Assembly: GCA_016290295.1 (NCBI GenBank)
Contig: JAEETJ010000001.1
Location: 160,883 to 224,882 of the forward strand
DNA length: 64,000 bases
Direction: 5' to 3'
Source: Bacteroidales bacterium
Lineage (GTDB): Bacteria > Bacteroidota > Bacteroidia > Bacteroidales > WCHB1-69
Position 1 is the stretch's first letter. Each line of letters opens with the position of its first letter. Shown here one piece after another: positions 9,831 to 19,172 of the stretch. The notes beneath the pieces were generated by a model that saw nothing but the letters and a program-made list of their open reading frames with translations, was not told the DNA's origin and ran no database searches. Both the position numbers and the translations under genes were made by a program.

Positions 9831-9905
9831 ATGGATTACAGGATGATGGGTTATAGGATTACGGATTTTTTTAATTGTCAACTGTCAACTATTCATTGTC
9901 AACTG
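9831..9905. repeat. low-complexity word repeats (GGATTACAGGAT-like, then TGTCAAC x3) at the truB 3' end
   Basis: atggattacaggatgatgggttataggattacgg, then tgtcaactgtcaac...tgtcaac. The last copies overlap the truB stop region. Confidence 0.7.
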
Positions 9906-10598
9906 TATGGCATCTTCTACCTTGAATTCACCGATGCGGGTGCGGCGGAGAGCTGTCAGGTATGCCCCAGACTCCAATTCGAAGCCGAAATCACGGGCAA
10001 TGGAACGGATATACGTGCCTTTGGAACAGACTACCCGAAAATCCACTTCTGGCAGCTCAAAGCGCGTGATGTCAAAAGCGGGAATACTGATGCGGCGGGG
10101 TTGTATCTCCATATCGGCACCCTCACGGGCCAGCTCATAAGCTCTGCGGCCACCCATGCGGACAGCGGAAAACTGCGGTGGTACTTGATCTATCTCGCCC
10201 AAGAACTTCTGACGGACATCATCTACCATTTCCCTCGTTACGTGCTCGTATGGAAACTCCGCATCCACCGGTTTTTCCATGTCAAAGCTCGGGGTAGTGG
10301 CTCCCAAACGAAGCGTGCCGGTATATTCCTTTTCTTGTGCCTGATAATTGTCAATCTGCTTGGTAAATTTGCCCACACAAATAATCAGCAAACCCGAAGC
10401 CAAGGGGTCAAGCGTACCGGCATGCCCCACCTTTACTTTCTGTTGGTATTTTCTCTTGATATACTGGCGCACCTTGCCTACCACATCGAACGAGGTACAA
10501 CGGTACGGCTTGTCCACAAGAAGCACATCACCTTCCGGATTTATCTCTATATCAGGAAGTTCAAACTGTGCCTCATGTATGACTTTATGGTTTAGCAT
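9885..10598 (-). CDS. truB: tRNA pseudouridine(55) synthase
   Basis: Catalytic motif [14 protein letters not shown]; [14 protein letters not shown]; length 237 aa. Confidence 0.92.
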   Translation of the reverse strand: MLNHKVIHEAQFELPDIEINPEGDVLLVDKPYRCTSFDVVGKVRQYIKRKYQQKVKVGHAGTLDPLASGLLIICVGKFTKQIDNYQAQEKEYTGTLRLGATTPSFDMEKPVDAEFPYEHVTREMVDDVRQKFLGEIDQVPPQFSAVRMGGRRAYELAREGADMEIQPRRISIPAFDITRFELPEVDFRVVCSKGTYIRSIARDFGFELESGAYLTALRRTRIGEFKVEDAIQLTMNS

Positions 10599-11401
10599 AA
10601 GCTATAGATTAAAACGGCTGCACCTATCAATGCACAATAAATGGCGAACCATATCAGCTTGCCTTTCTTCACAATATTAATCATGAACTTGCAGGCGAAA
10701 CAGCCGGAGATAAAGGCAGCTAAAAAGCCAATGACAACTGCTCCTGTTCCCAGACCATTCTGAATCAGTGACGGGTCTTTGGCAAACTTAATCACATCGA
10801 GGAAGGCCTCGCCCAAAATCGGGATAATGACCATCAGGAAAGAGAACTGTGCCAGTTTCTCTTTTTTGTCACCCAACATCAAGCCCGTGGCAATGGTTGA
10901 ACCCGAACGGGACAAACCCGGCAATACCGCTACTGCCTGGGCGATACCGATAACAAAGGCATGACCGTAGGAAATTTCCTCACGCTGACGGGGTTTCGCA
11001 AAATAAGAAAAGGTCAGAAGCAGGGCGGTAATCAGTAAACAGATACCTACTATTGTCAAACCACTGCCAAAGATTTCTTCTACATAATCCTTGAAAAACA
11101 TGCCCACAATGAACACGGGAATCATGGAAACCAAAATCTTTGCCACATAAGTCTTTTCTTCATTCCACTGAAGAGTTGTGAAGGTGCCCTTGAACAGTCC
11201 GGCAATTTCCTTCCACAGTATCACGATGGTACTGAGCACCGTAGCCACATGCACAATGACATCGAACTCCAGCTTGGCGGCATCAGAAATTTGCAGTCCC
11301 ATAATGTCCTGCATAATCGTCAGGTGACCGCTACTGCTCACAGGCAGGTACTCTGTAAGTCCCTGCAGAATACCCAGTAATAACGATTCCCACCAGCTCA
11401 T
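10592..11401 (-). CDS. uppP: undecaprenyl-diphosphate phosphatase
   Basis: BacA/UppP motifs [13 protein letters not shown] and [10 protein letters not shown]; eight hydrophobic helices. Confidence 0.92.
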   Translation of the reverse strand: MSWWESLLLGILQGLTEYLPVSSSGHLTIMQDIMGLQISDAAKLEFDVIVHVATVLSTIVILWKEIAGLFKGTFTTLQWNEEKTYVAKILVSMIPVFIVGMFFKDYVEEIFGSGLTIVGICLLITALLLTFSYFAKPRQREEISYGHAFVIGIAQAVAVLPGLSRSGSTIATGLMLGDKKEKLAQFSFLMVIIPILGEAFLDVIKFAKDPSLIQNGLGTGAVVIGFLAAFISGCFACKFMINIVKKGKLIWFAIYCALIGAAVLIYSLC

Positions 11402-11730
11402 TACTCAGCTTTTTCTTCTTCTTGATTCTCTTTGACTCTCGGGCGCCACATGATGGCGAAAATCTCCGTTACCAAACCCAGAAGGATCAGGATGGGTGCC
11501 ACCACGGTACGACGTGTGTTGAACACTTCGGGGTTGAACTCATCAGGATTGGCGGAAGCACCACCAGCAAGGCAGAAAAGACCAATAATCAGCAGCACAA
11601 CACCGATAATCATCAGAATATAATTAGTCATTCTGAAAAGAGGTGGTTTCTGGCTATTATTTACCTGTCGTTTCCCGGAAGGATTGGGGGTTAATTTTGT
11701 TTTTTGATTGGTATTTGCTATTTGTGCCAT
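11401..11730 (-). CDS. DUF3098-like small membrane protein
   Basis: Two TM helices. It holds the conserved position between ftsX and uppP that is typical of Bacteroidota. Confidence 0.65.
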   Translation of the reverse strand: MAQIANTNQKTKLTPNPSGKRQVNNSQKPPLFRMTNYILMIIGVVLLIIGLFCLAGGASANPDEFNPEVFNTRRTVVAPILILLGLVTEIFAIMWRPRVKENQEEEKAE

Positions 11731-11779
11731 ATTTTTTTTGTTTAATTGTTTAACTGTTGAATTGTTTATGTGTTTTTAA

Positions 11780-11872
11780 TTAAGGACTAAGAATTAAGAG
11801 TTAAGAATTGTTGAACTGTTGAAGTGTTGAGCTGTTGAAGTGTTTATCGTTTTTAGTTCTTAATTCTTAGTT
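11780..11872. repeat. TTAAGAAYTAAGA-word hairpin with a GTTGAAGTG-word loop, inside the ftsX-DUF3098 spacer
   Basis: The arm ttaaggactaagaattaagagttaagaatt pairs with ttagttcttaattcttagtt. Confidence 0.75.
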
Positions 11873-12757
11873 TTATAAGTATAGTCTTTCGTCTTTGATT
11901 CTGATATAGCGGTTAACAGAGATGATGGACACGATAACCGTGAAGAGAATGCTGAAGATGAACACTGCCAGCAGAATCAGCGAGATAGGCAAGATGTTGG
12001 AGAAGTCAACGAATTGTGGGAAGAGCAGATTACCCTGATAGAGCATAAGTCCGAGCAAGATAACCGCAATAGCACCACCCCAAACACCTTGGCTCAAGCC
12101 CTTGAGGACAAATGGTCCACGAACAAAGCTACGGGTTGCACCCACCAAGAGCATACTCTTAATATTGAAACGTTTCGCATAGATATGCAAACGGATTGAA
12201 TTGGCAATCAATAACATGGAAATCAGCATAAAGATGGCGCTGATAATCAGCACAACGATTTGCAAAGTTCTAAAATTATCGCTGATGGATTTCACCAAAA
12301 AGTCAGGATATTGCACATCTTGCACGATTTGTTCTTTCTTGATACGCTTAGCTACCAACTGCAGTGAGTCGGTATTTGCATATTTCGGATCCACGCTGAT
12401 AATAATGGAAGCGTTGATGGGGTTTGAGATAATGTCGGTATAGTTGTTGCCGATGGTTTTGATAGCCTCCTGGGTATTTTCCTGACGCGAGGACACACGC
12501 GATGCGGCAATAAAAGGCTCCATCTTGATCCGTTGCTCCATAGAGACAATGTCAGCTTCTTTCACATCTGCGAAGAACAATATTTCCATTTCAATCTTTT
12601 TGGAAAGATTGCGGATATATTGGGTGGAGAAATAAGCGAAAAAGGCTAAAGTGCCTATAAAAAACATGGTCAGCGCAATACTGACGACCGAGCCAAATGC
12701 CGAGAAACGCAGTCTCGCTTTGGTAATTTTGTCAATACTATCAGGATATTTGCTCAT
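11873..12757 (-). CDS. ftsX: cell division permease-like protein FtsX
   Basis: N-terminal TM helix, a periplasmic domain, then three C-terminal TM helices. FtsX-like C-terminal region (LVGATRSFVRGPF). Confidence 0.85.
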   Translation of the reverse strand: MSKYPDSIDKITKARLRFSAFGSVVSIALTMFFIGTLAFFAYFSTQYIRNLSKKIEMEILFFADVKEADIVSMEQRIKMEPFIAASRVSSRQENTQEAIKTIGNNYTDIISNPINASIIISVDPKYANTDSLQLVAKRIKKEQIVQDVQYPDFLVKSISDNFRTLQIVVLIISAIFMLISMLLIANSIRLHIYAKRFNIKSMLLVGATRSFVRGPFVLKGLSQGVWGGAIAVILLGLMLYQGNLLFPQFVDFSNILPISLILLAVFIFSILFTVIVSIISVNRYIRIKDERLYL

Positions 12758-12782
12758 AATACAACATTATAAATGTAATTTG

Positions 12783-12790
12783 CAAATATA
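12783..12790 (-). promoter_or_regulatory. -7 box (tatatttg) for the ftsX operon
   Basis: Exact match to the consensus, 26 nt upstream of the ATG at 12757. Confidence 0.6.
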
Positions 12791-12926
12791 TGAAGATGTA
12801 TCGAGCTATTCAGTCCCTTTTTCTGAAATTTATACACAGCGGATTGGGGATAACATTTCTCATTCTTTTTTACACAGATGGAAAAGTTTGCAAAAGAAAT
12901 AGTGCTTAAAGAAGTTGACACGGACA

Positions 12927-15824
12927 TTATTTTTTCACGAATTTCACAACCTCACGATGACCATCGGGATGTGTCGCCCGCAGAAAATAAATTCCGGCAT
13001 TCAAATGTGCAATATCGAGCCTTGCAGGGCAAGTGCAGAGGCTCTTCTTGATAAGGATTCCCTTGGCATCATAAATTTCCACCCAGAGTGTAACGTTTCC
13101 TTCAGCTTCCAAGATGAGATAATCCTCCGCAGGATTTGGACGAATATATAGTTGATAGTTGTCAGTTGATAGTTGACAGTTTGGGACAGAGAGATGAGCT
13201 GTGTCGATGACATAAACGGTGACCGAACTGCGGGGACTGACACAGAGCAGGGTGTCGTCCTGATAGTGCTCTTCGAGATAATAGGTAGTGGTATCGAAAA
13301 GCTCAGGTGTAGCGAAGTAATTACCTATGGCAATAGGCTGGGTTGCTGTGTCTGAATCATACCACCATACCTCATTCTGCGAGAGTGCGACGACAGTCGT
13401 CTGCATGCCAGCGAGGATATACTGGTCGAAGGCCACGGGCTCACCCACCTGCGGCATGAGCTCCACATCGTGCCTGATGCCTACCCCCGGGCGAGTGGTG
13501 ACAGTGAAAGTTGCCGTCTGATAGCAGGGAGCGGAAACCTCAACCGTGTAAGTGCCAGCCATAATGGGACGGTGATAGACGCCTAACGGCAGATGCGAAA
13601 ACACCTCGGAATTGAAATAGTCGTGATCGACGACCCTAATCATCGCCTCCACTGGCTCACCGGTAATGGCATCGGTCACAGTTCCCCAGAAACCGTAGCT
13701 GCACTCAGTAGCATAGCTCAGCAGCGCATCTTTACTTTTGTCCCAGAAGGTGGGCAGCACAAGGGTGTCTGTAATCACCGACTGGTAGCTCATCTCGATG
13801 GTTACCTCGCGGCAGCGCTGGTAGTAGGTCATATAATCCTGCCGGCTTCCGACGACGTCGCTCCAATCCGCACCTTCAATAACCGAACGCCCGCGATAAT
13901 CGCCATAAAGGTAGGCAGTATCGATGGCATGACAAAGCGAGGCATAGTTCTGGCCCGTGTAGCGAAACCAGTCGGCATCGGCATGGGGGCGCTGTGCGGT
14001 AGTCCACGCATCCCACGGGTAGTTCACTATTTCAGCACCACAATGGAAATTCACCGACATGACAAAATGTATCGGTGTGACCCAGTCGATGATGGCCTGC
14101 GTTTCAGGTTGGATGTTGGCGGCTCCCTCTATACCCGGCAGATACGGATAATTGCGGTTGAGTTGCACATCGTTGTAATTGTGATAGGTAGAATGGATGT
14201 TATCTTTCAGTATCAAGTCGTTGGTCAGATGATAGGTGCCGTCGGGGTTCTCAAGCGGGCAAATGTATAGGTCTACATTGTCCAGCAGCCGCTGCACAGC
14301 ACTGTCGGTGGTGGCGTTATGCAGGATATAGTCAGCCAGATGCAGCATCGTGTAATAGCACACCACCTCCCAGCCGTGCATCGTTGACGAATATAGAAAG
14401 GCTGGCTTGGTGGTGGTCTGTCCCAGCGTGTTGCTGATATGGATAGCAAAGATGGAATGGTGCAGGTCGGGATGCGGCGTGGTGTCGAGGATGGTATCAA
14501 TCTGGCAGAGGTTGGGGAAAGAATCTTGGAAATGTTGCAACAACTCGGTGTACACCTCATAGGTCGGGAACTTGTTCCATCGAAGCATCTCCTCCAAGGT
14601 AGTAGCCATGTGGTGGGTGGTGAGGTCTCTGCTGCCATCCAAATTTTCTAGTATTATATTGTCTCTATCTTGCCGACGGTCCAGCTCTCTTTCCTCCGGT
14701 ATCAACACATGACGGTATGCGTTTCCGGACTGTTCGATGCTCCTTCTCCCACGAATGGTGAGGTCGTCCAAACAGAACACATATTGGTCGTGCGACACAC
14801 AATGCACCGCCACATACTTGGCCTGTGCTGGCACCACAAAGGAGTATTCCGTCCAGATGGCAGTCGTAGTAAATGTGTCACAATGCAGTGGGATGAAACT
14901 CGCGGCAGTGGCATTGGTAAGCGAATAGGCCACCACGAACTTCTCATCGGGGAAGCGGTCGGCAAAGCTGCGGGCGAAGAAGAAAAAGGTGAAAGGCTCA
15001 CAGAAGTTCAGCTCCGGACTCACAATCCAGTCGTCGTTGGCCCTGTCAGAATGATATGGACTTCCAAAGAATTTGTGACCCGAATGCGCCGTGGTATTGT
15101 ATTGATTTCCGACGAGGAGGTAGTCATCCAACACGACAAAAGCCATCGGCGACCCTTCATTGGGAAAATCCAGGAGATTAAAAGTGGCTGTAGGGGCTGC
15201 GTCACCGTCGATATAACTCCACCCCACCGTTCCAGGAGAATTTACCGCACCATAATCATGTCCTTCGACATCGTCGAAAATCACCACTTCTTCGGTAGTG
15301 GATGTGCTGTCTGACGATGATGGGGTTACGATGATACCATTAGGCAAATGTAGGTCGTCAATCCACACACAGTCGGAGCCCCTGCTTTTCGTCTGATTCT
15401 TTGTATAGCAGAATTTAAGGGTATGGAAACCGGCAGAAATAGGGCATTGGAACTCGCTCCATTCGACATATCCTGCCAGTGATTCGCGCAACTCGCCGTC
15501 AAGCCAGAAAAGGAAGCTACCACTTCCCTCTGCTGAGAATACTTTGCGGTAATAAGAAAGTGTGCCACTATCCGTCAGATACACCGCCAGCTGCAGCACC
15601 GACACGGTGTTCAGCGTATAATAGTTGCCGCTGCGGGCACAATAACGGCCACTGTGAGCACCCTCGCTGGTGACTTCCCAACGGTATTGTGCATCCGGAC
15701 GCTCCCACGCCAACCTTGTAAAATCGCCACTCTCCCAATCCTCCGTCAACGACGAGTTCACCTGTGCCGACAAAGAAAGCATCCCTGCGGTAATCATGAA
15801 TAGTATGAACAGAGCTCTTTTCAA
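12927..15824 (-). CDS. M14 zinc carboxypeptidase with N-terminal lectin-like domains and a T9SS C-terminal domain (CPG70-like)
   Basis: M14 motifs (STMHGWEVV, NPDG, LNRNYPY). The C-terminus NAGIYFLRATHPDGHREVVKFVKK is CTD-like. The track start (TTG at 15854) lies inside the -7 box, so I prefer the TTG at 15824, which gives MKRALFILFMITAGMLSLSAQ. Confidence 0.85.
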   Translation of the reverse strand: MKRALFILFMITAGMLSLSAQVNSSLTEDWESGDFTRLAWERPDAQYRWEVTSEGAHSGRYCARSGNYYTLNTVSVLQLAVYLTDSGTLSYYRKVFSAEGSGSFLFWLDGELRESLAGYVEWSEFQCPISAGFHTLKFCYTKNQTKSRGSDCVWIDDLHLPNGIIVTPSSSDSTSTTEEVVIFDDVEGHDYGAVNSPGTVGWSYIDGDAAPTATFNLLDFPNEGSPMAFVVLDDYLLVGNQYNTTAHSGHKFFGSPYHSDRANDDWIVSPELNFCEPFTFFFFARSFADRFPDEKFVVAYSLTNATAASFIPLHCDTFTTTAIWTEYSFVVPAQAKYVAVHCVSHDQYVFCLDDLTIRGRRSIEQSGNAYRHVLIPEERELDRRQDRDNIILENLDGSRDLTTHHMATTLEEMLRWNKFPTYEVYTELLQHFQDSFPNLCQIDTILDTTPHPDLHHSIFAIHISNTLGQTTTKPAFLYSSTMHGWEVVCYYTMLHLADYILHNATTDSAVQRLLDNVDLYICPLENPDGTYHLTNDLILKDNIHSTYHNYNDVQLNRNYPYLPGIEGAANIQPETQAIIDWVTPIHFVMSVNFHCGAEIVNYPWDAWTTAQRPHADADWFRYTGQNYASLCHAIDTAYLYGDYRGRSVIEGADWSDVVGSRQDYMTYYQRCREVTIEMSYQSVITDTLVLPTFWDKSKDALLSYATECSYGFWGTVTDAITGEPVEAMIRVVDHDYFNSEVFSHLPLGVYHRPIMAGTYTVEVSAPCYQTATFTVTTRPGVGIRHDVELMPQVGEPVAFDQYILAGMQTTVVALSQNEVWWYDSDTATQPIAIGNYFATPELFDTTTYYLEEHYQDDTLLCVSPRSSVTVYVIDTAHLSVPNCQLSTDNYQLYIRPNPAEDYLILEAEGNVTLWVEIYDAKGILIKKSLCTCPARLDIAHLNAGIYFLRATHPDGHREVVKFVKK

Positions 15825-15851
15825 ACCTTTGAAATTTTGATTATGAAAGTG

Positions 15852-15859
15852 CAAAGGTA
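15852..15859 (-). promoter_or_regulatory. -7 box (tacctttg) for the M14 carboxypeptidase gene
   Basis: Exact match to the consensus. It overlaps the first in-frame TTG of the ORF, which argues for the downstream start. Confidence 0.55.
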
Positions 15860-15891
15860 CTCATTTTTTTAATTACCATCAATAAAAACAT

Positions 15892-16782
15892 TTATGATAA
15901 CCATGATACCAGTTCATCACTGATGTTGTTGCCAATCTGACGGCAGACATCCTGGCTCCAGCGTTGTGCCATCTCGATGCGCGAGGCTTGGTCTTCTAAC
16001 CCTTTCATCATAGCATAGATGTATCCAGCGTTAAAATTGTCACCGGCACCAACCGTGCTCACTGTCTCTATCGCTTGTACAGGATAGGTCTCGCAGCTGT
16101 CGGGCGTAAAAACACGAATTGAACGGGCTCCATCGGTCAGTATCAGCGTGCTGCAAAACTGACTTACCCTCTTGTAGATGGCTTCACCATCATGCAAATC
16201 ATACAGATAATTGAAATCCTCCATCGAGCCTCGCACCACATCGGCCAGCCGCATGTTTTCCTCAATATTCGCCATCACGTCCGGTATATCCGGTATATGT
16301 GTTTTGCGGAAATTGATATCATAATAGAGCCATGCACCCGCTTTTCGCGCATTATGCAACATAGAGCTGACCGCAGGACGAATGGCAGGATTGATGGCGA
16401 AGAAGGAGCCGAAGAGCACCACATCATCATGTTGTATTTGCGGCAACTTACCGTCCAATGCCACAGAAGCATGGTCTTTGTAAAACACATACTGTGCATC
16501 GTTATGCTCGTCCAAAAATGCCAGCGTGATATGCGATTTAACCCCTTCGTGACGACACACAAACTCTGACGAAACACCATTTTCTACCAGAAAGCGACAA
16601 ATGATGTCACCTATATGGTCGCCGCCCACCTCCGTCACCATAATACAGGGCACACCTGCCCGTCCAAGCGAGACGATGCTGTTGAATGTCGAGCCTCCTG
16701 GCACGGCTTTCTGCGGCTGGTCATCCTTGAACAGGATGTCCAACACAGTTTCTCCTATACCTATTACACGATTTTGGGTCAT
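15892..16782 (-). CDS. PfkB-family carbohydrate kinase (fructokinase-like)
   Basis: N-terminal GIGETVLDI..GGSTFN and the C-terminal PfkB signature VSTVGAGDNFNAG. Confidence 0.85.
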   Translation of the reverse strand: MTQNRVIGIGETVLDILFKDDQPQKAVPGGSTFNSIVSLGRAGVPCIMVTEVGGDHIGDIICRFLVENGVSSEFVCRHEGVKSHITLAFLDEHNDAQYVFYKDHASVALDGKLPQIQHDDVVLFGSFFAINPAIRPAVSSMLHNARKAGAWLYYDINFRKTHIPDIPDVMANIEENMRLADVVRGSMEDFNYLYDLHDGEAIYKRVSQFCSTLILTDGARSIRVFTPDSCETYPVQAIETVSTVGAGDNFNAGYIYAMMKGLEDQASRIEMAQRWSQDVCRQIGNNISDELVSWLS

Positions 16783-16799
16783 AATCTGTTATTATAATG

Positions 16800-17675
16800 T
16801 TAGTTCAAGATGGTGATGGTATAAACGAAATGTCCGTGATCGCCAGGATGAATGCAACGAATAACATCTCTTTGGCTGATATCTCCAGCGAAACCTTTCT
16901 TGTCGCAAATACCCTGCCACGGTTCAAGACAGACAAATGGACAACCTTCTTTGTATGATGCCCAGATGCCAAATGCATCGGCATCGTAGCAGTAAACGCT
17001 GACTACTTTGCGACCGTGCTTGTCGCACAATGTGGTTTCCGCTATCTGACTATTTTCTACCAGCAATGCATCATGCGCAAAAGTATCGTTTGTAATGGGC
17101 ATCACGCAGGGAAGACGATGTCCACCGTCAGTTCTCGCCACACGGTTTCCGTCTTCCAATTCTGAGATAAGCAGAGGCTCCACATGACGATTTTCGAGAT
17201 CAAAATATTCCACATATCCGTGTGTGTTGTCCGACGGATTGTAGTCAGGCAACAAAAAAGCCGGATGCGCACCTATCTGGTAATACATTAAGCGCTCACC
17301 CATATTCTCTACATACCAATTCACCGTCAATTTGTCACCTTGAATAGAGTATGTCACCTCAAGACCAAAACGATAGGGGTACACTTCAAACCGTTCAGTG
17401 TCTTTCATGCGGAAACAGATACCCCATTTGGACTCGACTTGCTCGAACTCGCTGTCTCGTGCAAAACCATGTTGCTTCATAGGGTAGGTTTTCCCGTCAA
17501 TGTGTAACTCATTGTTGTAAGGTTTTCCCACAACGGGGAAAAGCACCGGAGAATGGCGATTCCAGTAGGCTGCGTCGCCATTCCACAAGTATTCCCGTCC
17601 CTCTTTGCGCAGACTTGTCAACTCCGCACCATGCCCAGACACCTCTATAGTCAAATTGTCTTTACTGTATATCAT
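16800..17675 (-). CDS. aldose 1-epimerase family protein
   Basis: Mutarotase-fold motifs (NRHSPVLFPVVG, MKQHGFARD, IGAHPAF, CLEPW). Confidence 0.8.
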   Translation of the reverse strand: MIYSKDNLTIEVSGHGAELTSLRKEGREYLWNGDAAYWNRHSPVLFPVVGKPYNNELHIDGKTYPMKQHGFARDSEFEQVESKWGICFRMKDTERFEVYPYRFGLEVTYSIQGDKLTVNWYVENMGERLMYYQIGAHPAFLLPDYNPSDNTHGYVEYFDLENRHVEPLLISELEDGNRVARTDGGHRLPCVMPITNDTFAHDALLVENSQIAETTLCDKHGRKVVSVYCYDADAFGIWASYKEGCPFVCLEPWQGICDKKGFAGDISQRDVIRCIHPGDHGHFVYTITILN

Positions 17676-17835
17676 ATTATTTCATAAATATTGTCTTCTC
17701 TGATGCCCTTGTGGCAGCCTTTCCGGCTAACATCAGCACTTTTTTGACGCCACAATGCCTATTTCGTGCCATTTTTAAAATGACGCCTATTTAGACATTC
17801 GTTTGGCAATATTGCTCTATAGTTAAACTACACGG

Positions 17836-17843
17836 CAAATATA
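17836..17843 (-). promoter_or_regulatory. -7 box (tatatttg) for the epimerase-kinase operon
   Basis: This is the only consensus match upstream of 17675. It implies a leader of about 155 nt. Confidence 0.45.
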
Positions 17844-17944
17844 CGCATTTTACTGATATGGACACCATATCAGATAATATTATAAAAGAAAACGGGATTA
17901 TCCCTTTTTAATCTTGTAACTCACAACTACCGCATGTTTTTTTG

Positions 17945-18265
17945 CATCTGCTGTGAGGTCTCACTTCCGCGGTGTGTGAGTTCAGTTCTTCGGTGCATGT
18001 TCAGAGTACACCGCGGCAGAGGAAGACGTATGCATTCACCACCCCAGATTACGCTGCGCTCATCTGGGGTTACTAAGATGGCGTCTCTTCGAGACTATGA
18101 TGTCGCAGGCTGTGAGCCTGCAAGGAGCATAGCCCGGGGTAAGGTGCGAGGTTCGAGCACCGCCACCCCGGGGATGAGGATGTACCGTATATTTGTTCGC
18201 GTCGCGAGGGTCACATGCACCGAAGCACACCATCTGGCCGACGCGAAAGGGAAAAGCTATAGCTG
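17945..18265 (-). repeat. GC-rich multi-hairpin composite containing an H1-H2-H3 module, downstream of the thioesterase gene
   Basis: H1 is gtctc-ttc-gagac (18083-18095). H2 is ccccagat...atctgggg (18042-18069). H3 is ccgcggtg-N34-caccgcgg (17967-18016). There are further hairpins at 18107-18123, 18133-18172 and 18200-18246. Confidence 0.7.
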
Positions 18266-18415
18266 ATGCTATAAATCTCTCGCCATAAATCTAAAATTCA
18301 ACAAGACTATAGGGAATAATTCCGAAAGAAAATAAAAACAAGGTAAAAGAGGATAGGATACGCAGTGATTGGAAGAAATGAAAAAAGATAAAACAGCCCC
18401 CGTGCACTGCAACGG

Positions 18416-19156
18416 CTACTCTACTTTCATCCAGATGCGGCAGACTTCGCGCTGGTCGTCGGCGGCATAGATGGAGTGAACCGAACTGTTTTCGTCGATG
18501 TACTGATGACTGATAGAATACTGGTCATTGGGGAAGAGCTGCGAGATGAAATGCACGGACACCTCTTTGACATCATGGTGCAGGAAGAAATCATGCCCCA
18601 TATCGTCCATCACCCACTGCAGGTATTTTGTATTGTTGACATGCTCGTTGAGGTCGATGTCTGAATGCAGCACTTTGTGGAGTACCGGATTTTCAGACAA
18701 TGGAGCACCTGGCAAGCGGGGAAAAGCCTTGACCGTCATGGCATCATCTTTGAGGGGGAAACGGTCAGGACGGTCGAAATCCTCAAGTTTCACCGGCTTC
18801 GACTCTTTATCAATAATAGCCCAGATAGAGGTACCCCTGACAATGATTTCCCCATTTTCGTCAAACACCAGAAAATCACGGGGCTGGGAAATGAAACTAT
18901 GCGGCTTCTCCCAGGTATGGATGGTCAGTTTTTCATGCCAAGTCGGCATTCTCTCTATCTGCACATGCATACGCGTGAGCACCCAAAAGAGGTTATAGGG
19001 TTTCAAATCGATACCACTCAAATGAAAATGATCACAATGGGCGGCAGCGGATTCCTGCAGAATGCAAAACAGGGACACCGGCGTCATCTCCACACGGCTG
19101 TCCACCATGTGAATCGGCACCTGTATCGGCATAAAAAAACGACCTTCTTCAATCAT
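18416..19156 (-). CDS. acyl-ACP thioesterase
   Basis: Double hot-dog layout with FatA/B-like segments (LQESAAAHC, WVLTRMHVQIERMPTWHEKLTIHTW, DIDLNEHVNNTKYLQW). Confidence 0.85.
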   Translation of the reverse strand: MIEEGRFFMPIQVPIHMVDSRVEMTPVSLFCILQESAAAHCDHFHLSGIDLKPYNLFWVLTRMHVQIERMPTWHEKLTIHTWEKPHSFISQPRDFLVFDENGEIIVRGTSIWAIIDKESKPVKLEDFDRPDRFPLKDDAMTVKAFPRLPGAPLSENPVLHKVLHSDIDLNEHVNNTKYLQWVMDDMGHDFFLHHDVKEVSVHFISQLFPNDQYSISHQYIDENSSVHSIYAADDQREVCRIWMKVE

Positions 19157-19172
19157 ATTCTTGAACTCAGAT

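Noticed and set aside
9732-10595. 287-aa ORF on the plus strand. Similar long antisense ORFs lie at 20350-21270, 25057-26010, 22516-23268, 13593-14270, 14670-15314 and 7173-7835.
   Set aside because: Each lies entirely antisense to a gene with strong family motifs (truB, moxR, DUF1015, recG, M14, M16). Their translations are low-complexity, have no recognisable motifs, and have no promoter boxes. These are typical shadow ORFs.
17934-18266. 110-aa ORF (MFFCICCEVSLPRCVSS...) and the possibility that this GC-rich block is RNase P RNA, tmRNA or a tRNA. It contains ggttcgagc.
   Set aside because: The translation is Arg/Cys-rich nonsense over palindromic DNA. I found no RNase P conserved regions (no GAGGAAAGUCC-type CR-I), no tmRNA tag ORF or tRNA-like CCA end, and the ggttcga segment lacks a 5-bp T-stem or acceptor pairing. 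I treat it as a repeat/structured element instead.
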